Below, piece by piece: positions 1 to 6,920 of a stretch of DNA of 10,245 bases. The notes beneath the pieces are model-generated. The model was not told where the DNA came from and did not search any database. It was given only the letters and a program-made list of their open reading frames with translations. The stretch lies in contig JANPLU010000083.1 in the NCBI GenBank assembly GCA_031422435.1, positions 1 to 10,245 of the forward strand, given 5' to 3'. Each line of letters begins with the position of its first letter. The stretch's first letter is position 1. Source of the DNA: Acaryochloridaceae cyanobacterium VAR_48_metabat_390. Lineage in GTDB: Bacteria > Cyanobacteriota > Cyanobacteriia > Thermosynechococcales > Thermosynechococcaceae. The position numbers and the translations under genes were made by a program.

Positions 1-1152
1 ACAGCACCTTGGCGACAGACGATGGTCGTTCGCTTAGAGCAGCTCTCTGAAATTTTAGAGATTGATTTGCTTTGCCAGACCTATCTCCAAGGGATAGACC
101 AGGTGATTCTAATTCCCCATCGGGGGCTGCACCTGCTGCCCCTGCACGCACTATTTCCTGATGCGCTTCAGATGACCTATCTTTCTAGCGTGGCGTGGGG
201 GCTAGATCTTCCGCAGCGCTCCCCAGGCAAAATTCAGCGATTGCTGACGATTGAAGCGCCAGATTCGAGCCTTAATGTCTCTCAAGATTCATCTCCAGAT
301 CTCACCGCAACGGCACTCACTCAGCATTACGGAAAAGTGCAGTCTTTCACGCTTTCCCGCGCTGAAGCTACTTCAAGCCGAGTTGCAGCGGCGTTAACGC
401 TGATGTCTGATTGCCTGCATTTTTCTGGCCTTTGCCGCCAGTCTATCCTAAATCCAATGGACTCGGTTTTAGAACTATTGGAGACAGAAACGCTTGCCTC
501 TTCAGAAATCTCGACCCTAAATTTGTCTCGTTATCCTGTGGTTTGTCTGCCGAACTGTGAATTTATGGAGACGGGGGAGTCGCTGGCGATCGCCCAGGAC
601 TTCATCCCCATTGCCAGCAGCTTTCTTGCCGCTGGCGTTAGTTATGTTATGAGTTCCCTATGGTTGGTTGATGAGCTGCCCAGAACCCTTCTAACGCTGG
701 AATTTCATCAAGGGCTAAGGCAGTCTATACCCCCAGCGGCAGCACTTGCGAAGGCGCAGCGATGGCTTCGCACTGCCACTCAGCAAGATGTCGTTCGCAG
801 ATGTCAGTCTCAATCTCTAGCCATTTCTCTAAACGATTTGGGAGAAGATCTGCACCCTTATGCCCATCCCTTTTACTGGGCTGGCTTTATGGTGACGGGT
901 CAAATGCCTCATCCACCAGCGGTTCAGTTGGATACTTTGGCGCTTCAGGCATTTTTGGAGGCGATCGCTGCTTACCAAGAGTCCGCGACCCACCCAGCAT
1001 CTAAGCACCTCGCAGGAGTATCTAACCTAGAATTACAGGCCGATCTTGAGCAAGTCACGGCTCAAATCCAGCAGCTTGTCCAAAAATATCCATCGCTGCA
1101 AAAAAGCTATGAAGCTGCGTTTCAAAGGCTGCGAAAGCCAAATGCTGAATAG
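1..1152 (+). CDS. CHAT domain-containing protein (caspase/HetF-like, clan CD), 5'-partial, probably catalytically degenerate, with extra C-terminal helical domain
   Basis: The frame is open from base 1 (TAPWRQTM...), so the ATG at 22 is probably internal. CHAT hallmarks: ILIPHRGLHLLPLHAL, LHFSG, VVCLPNCE (cf. VxLSACET), FLAAGVSYVMSSLWLVDE (cf. SLWxVxD), ALAKAQRWLR and HPFYWAGF. Stop TAG at 1150-1152. Confidence 0.88.
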   Translation, partial: TAPWRQTMVVRLEQLSEILEIDLLCQTYLQGIDQVILIPHRGLHLLPLHALFPDALQMTYLSSVAWGLDLPQRSPGKIQRLLTIEAPDSSLNVSQDSSPDLTATALTQHYGKVQSFTLSRAEATSSRVAAALTLMSDCLHFSGLCRQSILNPMDSVLELLETETLASSEISTLNLSRYPVVCLPNCEFMETGESLAIAQDFIPIASSFLAAGVSYVMSSLWLVDELPRTLLTLEFHQGLRQSIPPAAALAKAQRWLRTATQQDVVRRCQSQSLAISLNDLGEDLHPYAHPFYWAGFMVTGQMPHPPAVQLDTLALQAFLEAIAAYQESATHPASKHLAGVSNLELQADLEQVTAQIQQLVQKYPSLQKSYEAAFQRLRKPNAE

Positions 1153-1155
1153 CCT

Positions 1156-1980
1156 TTAACCTACATCTGCCATTGCCTCTTGGCGGATTTTGACCGCAGC
1201 AGAGGGTGCTTGGATGCGTCGGGCAGATAGAGTGGTGCGATCGCCCAACATCATCCTCTGCGGAGGCGCTAGGCACCCCAAACCTTCTTGAATTGCCTTC
1301 CCCACAACGGGGCTGCTCTCTTTTTGAGACAATAGGCGCAGGTAGTCTAGAGCGTGCGATCGCTCTTTCGTACTCAACCGACTTTCCGTCATCAACGCCG
1401 TTAACTGACGTACCGCCATCAGCCGCCGTAGTTCATCTCGATGCAGCAACCCCGCCACACATCGCTCAAAAGAGTGGATCGGCTGATTTTGTCGGGTCAG
1501 CATCAGCCAGACCGCCAGCCCCAACGCCCCAAAAACCCCGATTTCTTGTGTGAGCAGCATTATTGCCAGCCAAGGGCTACCCAGATCTTGCCAAACTGCC
1601 AAAGCGCTATAGGACAGCAGCAACATCCCAAAACCAGCGCCCACGCTTAAAACCATTGGCGCATTTGGGCTTTGAAGCCATTGCTTAATTTTGCGCCAAG
1701 AAAACGGTCGCTGCGTTATGCGGTAGAGCAGCACACTGCTAACACCCCCCATCAACACTGCGACCAAGAGCGGTGCATTCCAGTGCCAAAAGGCGATCGC
1801 CCCCAACAGCGTCAGCAGTGGAGGAACTACGCTACCGTAAAGAGAATGGCGATCTCCGTTGACAGCCTGCTGCATCCACGTTGCCAAGACCTCTCGCCAA
1901 ACCGAAGCCTTTGCCAACAGCAGCAAATCGCCCCCTATCCAGTGCTTAAGCTGAGTTGTGACTGGAGATGCCTTCATCAC
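1156..1980 (-). CDS. Conserved cyanobacterial membrane protein (about 4 TM segments) with C-terminal ARM/HEAT-like helical region
   Basis: 274-aa ORF with GTG at 1980 followed directly by ATG at 1977. Hydrophobic segments: LLTLLGAIAFWHWNAPLLVAVLMGG, MVLSVGAGFGMLLLSYSALAVW, WLAIMLLTQEIGVFGALGLAVWLML. HEAT-like stretch: DELRRLMAVRQLT...LRLLSQKESSPVVGKAIQEGL. From recall it resembles cyanobacterial 'armadillo-type fold' hypothetical proteins. Confidence 0.72.
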   Translation of the reverse strand: MMKASPVTTQLKHWIGGDLLLLAKASVWREVLATWMQQAVNGDRHSLYGSVVPPLLTLLGAIAFWHWNAPLLVAVLMGGVSSVLLYRITQRPFSWRKIKQWLQSPNAPMVLSVGAGFGMLLLSYSALAVWQDLGSPWLAIMLLTQEIGVFGALGLAVWLMLTRQNQPIHSFERCVAGLLHRDELRRLMAVRQLTALMTESRLSTKERSHALDYLRLLSQKESSPVVGKAIQEGLGCLAPPQRMMLGDRTTLSARRIQAPSAAVKIRQEAMADVG

Positions 1981-2078
1981 GGCGCTGAATTTCCCTTTAG
2001 AAAATGCTTTTGTAGACTTTTATAGTGTAGTGGACAGTTACGAGCAGAAGGCAGATCTACTGCGACAGTTCAGAAATT

Positions 2079-2084
2079 TATAAT
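2079..2084 (+). promoter_or_regulatory. Putative -10 element for tatC
   Basis: Perfect TATAAT 26 nt upstream of the tatC ATG in the divergent intergenic region. No recognisable -35 box, which is common in cyanobacteria. Confidence 0.45.
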
Positions 2085-2110
2085 CAAAGCAGTGCCATTC
2101 GATAGAATCT

Positions 2111-2923
2111 ATGACCACCTCCTCTGAGTCATCCACATCTTCGGTTCAAGACCTTGATATTTCGTCTTTTGGTGCAGAAGAGAGTGAGCTAACGCCTTCT
2201 CCTATTGACCCAGATGATTTGATTGACGACGTAGAGATGTCTCTGTTCGACCACCTCGAAGAACTGCGTCAACGAATTTTCTACGGACTGCTGGCAGCCT
2301 TGGGCGGTGTAGTGCTGTGCTTCTGGAAGGTGAACCTGATTGTCAGCCTTTTAGAAAAGCCTGCTCAGGGCGCTAAATTTTTGCAGCTTGCGCCAGGGGA
2401 GTATTTCTTTGTCTCTATTAAAGTCGCGGGGTACAGCGGGCTATTGGTTGCCAGCCCGTTCATTTTGTATCAGATTATCGGCTTTGTCTTGCCCGGTCTA
2501 ACCCGTAAAGAGCGTCGCTTTTTAGGCCCCATTGTGTTTGGCTCTTCTATTTTATTTGTCCTTGGTTTAGGGTTTGCCTACGTTGCACTCATTCCGGCAG
2601 CACTCAACTTTTTTATTCAGTATGGTGGCGATGTCGTTGAGCAGCTTTGGTCAATTGATCGCTATTTTGAATTTGTGCTGCTGCTGCTCTTTAGTACGGG
2701 GCTTGCATTTCAGATTCCGGTTATTCAGATTTTGCTGGGGCTGATTGGCATTGTCTCCGGCAAACAAATGCTGTCGGCTTGGCGTGCCGTGCTGTTGGGC
2801 GCAATGGTGCTGGGTGCCGTGCTAACACCCTCCACCGATCCGCTTACTCAAAGTTTGCTAGGCGGAGCCGTTTTGCTGCTGTACATGGGGGGCACGGGGA
2901 TTGTTTTGCTCTTGGGTAAATAG
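2111..2923 (+). CDS. tatC: Twin-arginine translocase subunit TatC
   Basis: [62 protein letters not shown] and [12 protein letters not shown] motifs; about 6 TM segments; acidic N-terminal extension. Confidence 0.97.
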   Translation: MTTSSESSTSSVQDLDISSFGAEESELTPSPIDPDDLIDDVEMSLFDHLEELRQRIFYGLLAALGGVVLCFWKVNLIVSLLEKPAQGAKFLQLAPGEYFFVSIKVAGYSGLLVASPFILYQIIGFVLPGLTRKERRFLGPIVFGSSILFVLGLGFAYVALIPAALNFFIQYGGDVVEQLWSIDRYFEFVLLLLFSTGLAFQIPVIQILLGLIGIVSGKQMLSAWRAVLLGAMVLGAVLTPSTDPLTQSLLGGAVLLLYMGGTGIVLLLGK

Positions 2924-2981
2924 AGTTTAAGCGCTGAAACACTATTGGGCGATTTTAAATAAAGGTTTTACCTTCCGATAC

Positions 2982-3056
2982 CGCTAGCTTCGACAAGCTC
3001 AGGACAAGCCGCTCTGAGCGCGATCTCTAGCTGGCTGAGCGGAGTCGAAGCTAGCG
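2982..3056. repeat. REP-like/MITE-like palindromic element between convergent tatC and DUF3067 genes
   Basis: Perfect 13-bp inverted repeat CGCTAGCTTCGAC (2982-2994) / GTCGAAGCTAGCG (3044-3056). After an AA/GGA internal loop it continues as GCTCAG (2997-3002) / CTGAGC (3035-3040). Inner mini-palindrome CGCTC-T-GAGCG (3010-3020). Confidence 0.75.
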
Positions 3057-3081
3057 ATAGGCTTTGCCCAACAATTCTTCA

Positions 3082-3399
3082 CTAAAACTCTCCCACCATC
3101 CATTCAGAGGCGCGTTCTCCTAACTCAATGGGGATGCTGATGGCCTTGCCTAGCCGAGGCCGTTCGCGCGTAGACTGAATCACCTCCATCACCTGCGCAA
3201 AGGCACCCCAGCCCTGTAGGTACGTCGCCACAGCCTCTAAATGCTCTTGGTATTCTTGGGGCGTCATGGGGAAAGAAGCCTGTTCGAGGTATCGCCACAT
3301 TACCTGCACAAAGAGCTTGCCCTGAGTACGACGAAACTGAAGATCGTAGGACTTACCCCACTTTGCAATGAGCGCTTCTTGGAGTTGGATTCCGGTCAT
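3082..3399 (-). CDS. DUF3067 family protein
   Basis: 105 aa with KWGKSYDLQFRR, QVMWRYLEQASFP and RPRLGKAISIP motifs typical of the cyanobacterial/plant DUF3067 family; usual position between tatC and petC. Confidence 0.9.
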   Translation of the reverse strand: MTGIQLQEALIAKWGKSYDLQFRRTQGKLFVQVMWRYLEQASFPMTPQEYQEHLEAVATYLQGWGAFAQVMEVIQSTRERPRLGKAISIPIELGERASEWMVGEF

Positions 3400-3542
3400 A
3401 GATTGGGTTTAGATACCAAGGGAGTTAACTTTAGGATACGTGATTCTTCTGAAGGGATGCATGGCTCTCAGATTGGGGCGATCGCCCCTCAGAATCCGCC
3501 GCTTCGCAAAACCAAGCATCCTGAGTCAATCCCCTTCTAATG

Positions 3543-3611
3543 CTTAAGGTTGTTTACATTTCGTATGCAAATGCAGGGCAACTAGTGAGATAATACGTCA
3601 AGAAATGTAAT
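3543..3611. promoter_or_regulatory. Candidate petC/DUF3067 promoter region with HLR1 (RpaB-box)-like half-sites
   Basis: TTTACATT at 3553-3560 (+) matches the (G/T)TTACA(A/T)(A/T) half-site. ATTACATT-TC-TTGACGTA on the minus strand (3594-3611) is an imperfect tandem pair with 2-nt spacing. TGaGATAAT (3586-3594) is a possible extended -10. Confidence 0.4.
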
Positions 3612-3633
3612 GATGCCCGACGTGCGTAAGTTC

Positions 3634-3737
3634 GCCTCTGCTGCTGCTCAAGTCTTGTAAAGCTCACCCCAGCTAGCAAACTTTAGACTCTTAAAAGCAG
3701 TGCGAATGAGCAGCAGCCAGGGCAGATTAAATCTGCC
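3634..3737 (+). other. Structured region upstream of petC (putative 5' leader)
   Basis: 11-bp perfect inverted repeat GCTGCTGCTCA (3640-3650) / TGAGCAGCAGC (3707-3717), inner AGTCT/AGACT (3651-3655/3685-3689), followed by GGCAGATT-A-AATCTGCC (3721-3737). Confidence 0.55.
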
Positions 3738-3772
3738 GATTTCATAGAACATCACTAGAAGCGACGTATACC

Positions 3773-4315
3773 ATGGCTCAAGTCTCTGGAACCCCTGACG
3801 TGCCCGATATGGGTCGTCGTCAGTTTATGAACTTTTTGACCTTTGGCGCAATCACAGGTACGGCATTAGGTGGCCTGTACCCCGTTGTGAAGTATTTTAT
3901 TCCGCCCTCTAGCGGCGGCGCTGGCGGTGGACTCATTGCCAAAGATGCCTTGGGTAATGACATTGTGGTCACTGAATATCTTAAAAGCCATGCAGCCGGC
4001 GACCACTCCCTAGCCCAAGGCTTTAAGGGAGACCCCACCTACGTGATTGTGCAAGAAGACAGCACCATTGCCAGCTACGGCATTAACGCCGTTTGTACGC
4101 ACCTTGGCTGCGTTGTACCTTGGAATGCGGGGCAAAACCGATTCATTTGTCCCTGCCACGGGTCGCAGTATGACAACACGGGTAAAGTGGTGCGTGGCCC
4201 TGCGCCCCTCTCGCTACCTTTGGCGCACGCTGCCGTCAGCGAAGACGACAAGCTGGTCTTTACAACTTGGACTGAAACAGATTTCCGTACCGATAAAGCC
4301 CCTTGGTGGAGCTAG
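3773..4315 (+). CDS. petC: Cytochrome b6-f complex Rieske iron-sulfur subunit (main PetC1 type)
   Basis: Tat motif MGRRQFMN plus TM anchor, Gly-rich hinge [10 protein letters not shown], Rieske boxes CTHLGC and [16 protein letters not shown]-terminal [11 protein letters not shown]. Confidence 0.98.
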   Translation: MAQVSGTPDVPDMGRRQFMNFLTFGAITGTALGGLYPVVKYFIPPSSGGAGGGLIAKDALGNDIVVTEYLKSHAAGDHSLAQGFKGDPTYVIVQEDSTIASYGINAVCTHLGCVVPWNAGQNRFICPCHGSQYDNTGKVVRGPAPLSLPLAHAAVSEDDKLVFTTWTETDFRTDKAPWWS

Positions 4316-4379
4316 CATTACGGCTCGTCTCAATCCCTTCTGCATTTCCACTGTCTCGCATTGCACCCCCTGAACCATA

Positions 4380-5360
4380 ATGAAGCGAACTTTATTTTCA
4401 AGATTTACGCTGCTTTCTAAGATCACAAAGAAATCAGCTCAACTCTTAGCGATGTTGGGCATTCTTTTGTTTGGGAATTTGGCACTGCCCTCTGTTGCAC
4501 AAGCTTATCCAGTCTTTGCACAGCAAGCTTACGAAAACCCACGGGAAGCAACTGGGCGTATTGTTTGCGCCAACTGTCACCTTGCCCAAAAGCCTACAGA
4601 AATTGAAGTCCCTCAGTCTGTACTGCCCAATACGGTATTTGAAGCCGTTGTAAAAATCCCTTACGACACTGCTGTACAGCAAGTTCTTGGCAATGGTGAC
4701 AAGGGAGATCTGAATGTGGGTGCGGCGCTAATTTTGCCACCAGGCTTTAAGTTAGCTCCTCCAGAACGGCTGTCTGAAGAGATGAAGGAAAAAACCAGCG
4801 GCGTTTACTTTCAGTCCTACAGTGCCGAACGAGACAATATCTTAGTGGTCGGCCCTTTGCCTGGTGCAGATCACCAAGAAATTGTTTTCCCCATTCTGTC
4901 CCCAGACCCTACGACGGATAAAAACGTCCACTTTGGTAAATACCTGATTAACGTCGGGGGCAACCGAGGCCGTGGTCAGGTCTATCCCACCGGCGACAAG
5001 TCTAATAACAACATCTTTAATGCCTCTGCCTCTGGCGTTATTACAGACATTGCGGACGGTGATGCAGGTGCCCATTTGGTCACGATTGCCGCAACGGACG
5101 GACAAAAAGTCACAGAAACCATTCCGGCTGGACCTAGCCTACTTGTGAGCAAAGGGCAGCAGATTAAAGAAGGCGAAGCATTGACCGATAACCCCAATGT
5201 CGGTGGGTTTGGTCAGCATGACATTGAAATTGTGCTTCAAAACCCAACGCGGGTGAAGTGGCTGATGGCCTTCTTTGCCGCCATCATGCTGTCTCAGATC
5301 ATGCTGGTTCTGAAGAAAAAACAGGTCGAGAAAGTCCAGGCTGCGGAAATGAATTTTTAA
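4380..5360 (+). CDS. petA: Apocytochrome f
   Basis: 42-aa signal peptide ending [10 protein letters not shown] (Tyr1 codon 4506-4508), [15 protein letters not shown] heme-binding motif, [23 protein letters not shown]-terminal TM anchor and [17 protein letters not shown]. Confidence 0.98.
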   Translation: MKRTLFSRFTLLSKITKKSAQLLAMLGILLFGNLALPSVAQAYPVFAQQAYENPREATGRIVCANCHLAQKPTEIEVPQSVLPNTVFEAVVKIPYDTAVQQVLGNGDKGDLNVGAALILPPGFKLAPPERLSEEMKEKTSGVYFQSYSAERDNILVVGPLPGADHQEIVFPILSPDPTTDKNVHFGKYLINVGGNRGRGQVYPTGDKSNNNIFNASASGVITDIADGDAGAHLVTIAATDGQKVTETIPAGPSLLVSKGQQIKEGEALTDNPNVGGFGQHDIEIVLQNPTRVKWLMAFFAAIMLSQIMLVLKKKQVEKVQAAEMNF

Positions 5361-5402
5361 GGTCATTCGCACCACGGTCTTTAATTCATACCTTTAATTT
5401 TT

Positions 5403-5437
5403 AGAGCCTTGCCCATACTTGGGCAAGGCTCTTTTTT
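5403..5437 (+). terminator. Intrinsic terminator of petCA
   Basis: 13-bp perfect stem AGAGCCTTGCCCA (5403-5415) / TGGGCAAGGCTCT (5420-5432), 4-nt loop TACT, T-run 5432-5437, starting 43 nt after the petA stop. Confidence 0.9.
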
Positions 5438-5440
5438 AAC

Positions 5441-6808
5441 TCATGGCTGATTGAGGGTTTGTACCGTCAAGACCTGAGGGGGCGTTGCATCTGGCGGATA
5501 GATAAAATCAACCTGAACCAGTCGAGATGTTTTAGCCTCTAAATTAAGCTCTACCAGCGGTTCACCTTTCTGTCCTCGAAATTGCACCAGTTGGACGTAG
5601 CGTGTTTGAGCATTTCCTGCATCGTCTCTGTAGCGCACTCGAACGGTTCCTCTAAAAAAGACGCGCTTTGGGGGTACTTTGAAAAACGTTAGCTCCGTTG
5701 GCTTTGCATCGGCTTTAAGCGGCGTTTGGAGCATCACGACGACTTTCTGTGAGCTTTCTGTGGGGTTGTATAAAGGAATCGTAAGGTTGTACTCTACGCC
5801 ATAGTTCCCGTGGGCGGCATAGGCCGTATCTGGGTAACGCCCTACCATAGAAGCACTCTGAATTTGCTCTGTACCAAAAGTGCCCCTAGGCAGGGTACTT
5901 AAAGGGTACGAAAAAGCTTCTCCCACGTTTGGAATGGTCAGTCTCTGCGTAGGCGTGCCTGGATCGGTAAGCTGGGCGTTCCAGCGACCGCCTTTGGCGA
6001 TGCCTGCAACCCTTCCATAGATCAGGTTGCCGCCTGGTTTGGGTAAGGTGGGAGCCTTATCCCTTGGCTCTGACAATGCGCCCGTATCTAAGAGAGTTTC
6101 CCACTCCGTTAGGTTAGGGGCGCGCTCTTGACCAGCATCGTCAGTTTTGGCATACATGGCGAGGCTGGCGGCATAGACGGCTGCGCTGCTGCGGAGGTAG
6201 GCGAGGGTTGACCGTCCGTTAATGGGCGGCTTAAATTCTTTAACCGGAATCGGCACATTCAATAGCATTGCACTCGTTTGAGGAGGGATTACGAGAGTGG
6301 CAGGCCAGCTCGGCTGCCGCTGCCGTCGCAAAATGTCATTGGTTACGCGATCGCCCGGCCCCGCGTAAACTGTCCCCAGAGGATTTTCCGTCATGGGGGG
6401 CAGGTCAATAAAGGGCGCATCTGGCTGACTTAGGTAGCTAGCAGCCTGCAACACATCTACCCGAAGCGGCGTAAGGCCAGGGTTGTAAAGCAAAATACCC
6501 AGGTAAAGCGTTTTGATGGGATCTTGCGTTTTAGCCTGATTAGAAATGTGATGGGCAAACAGATCAAAGCGCCCTTGAAAAGCTTGATTAAGATGTGCTT
6601 CAGAATGGGCTTTGCCTACTTTTGGGAAGGTTGAAAGTAGAATCCCTTCAGTCTGAACCACTTCAGGACTGTTGCTATTAAACACCAGCACTTCATCCAG
6701 TTGTCCAGGCAGCACTCGAATCATTTGGGGCTGAACAATCACCTCAGGTTTAGGCGCAACGACTGGAACGGCCTGAGCAATCAAAATTGAGCTGATCAAA
6801 GGAAACAT
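5441..6808 (-). CDS. DUF3370 domain-containing protein (cyanobacterial, probably exported)
   Basis: 455 aa with LPGQLDEVLVFNSNSPEVVQTEGILLSTFP, FDLFAHH, SYLSQPDAPF, YGRVAG, DTAYAAHGNYGVEY, FFRGTVR and YPPDATPPQVL, which I recognise as DUF3370 motifs; short hydrophobic N-terminus. Confidence 0.85.
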   Translation of the reverse strand: MFPLISSILIAQAVPVVAPKPEVIVQPQMIRVLPGQLDEVLVFNSNSPEVVQTEGILLSTFPKVGKAHSEAHLNQAFQGRFDLFAHHISNQAKTQDPIKTLYLGILLYNPGLTPLRVDVLQAASYLSQPDAPFIDLPPMTENPLGTVYAGPGDRVTNDILRRQRQPSWPATLVIPPQTSAMLLNVPIPVKEFKPPINGRSTLAYLRSSAAVYAASLAMYAKTDDAGQERAPNLTEWETLLDTGALSEPRDKAPTLPKPGGNLIYGRVAGIAKGGRWNAQLTDPGTPTQRLTIPNVGEAFSYPLSTLPRGTFGTEQIQSASMVGRYPDTAYAAHGNYGVEYNLTIPLYNPTESSQKVVVMLQTPLKADAKPTELTFFKVPPKRVFFRGTVRVRYRDDAGNAQTRYVQLVQFRGQKGEPLVELNLEAKTSRLVQVDFIYPPDATPPQVLTVQTLNQP

Positions 6809-6920
6809 AGCTATCCCATAGACATTGAAGAACCTGAGGGCTATTATCCCCCCTTCGGTTCTTTTGCTACAGGCTAAATCAGCAGCAGGCTCATCAAGAA
6901 TGCCTAAAGACCGCAGCGCA

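Noticed and set aside
1..1152. CHAT gene as part of a CRISPR-associated protease (Craspase/Csx29-type) or other defence island
   Set aside because: No cas genes, repeat-spacer array or effector genes are in the window and downstream neighbours are housekeeping. The region upstream of base 1 cannot be seen, so it is not excluded there.
762..2025. Alternative ORFs 762-1004(+), 1055-1276(-), 1206-1553(+), 1441-1650(+), 1672-2025(+)
   Set aside because: They overlap or are antisense to better-supported CDSs, have no recognisable motifs, and look like shadow ORFs.
2982..3056. CRISPR repeat or tRNA interpretation of the palindromic element
   Set aside because: Units are inverted rather than direct repeats with spacers. 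The TTCGA is T-loop-like, but I see no cloverleaf arms or acceptor end.
3241..3540. 99-aa plus-strand ORF overlapping DUF3067
   Set aside because: About half of it is antisense to a well-conserved gene and the rest runs through a palindromic spacer; no protein-like features.
3820..5375. Eight short ORFs within or antisense to petC/petA
   Set aside because: Explained as off-frame or antisense shadows of highly conserved genes.
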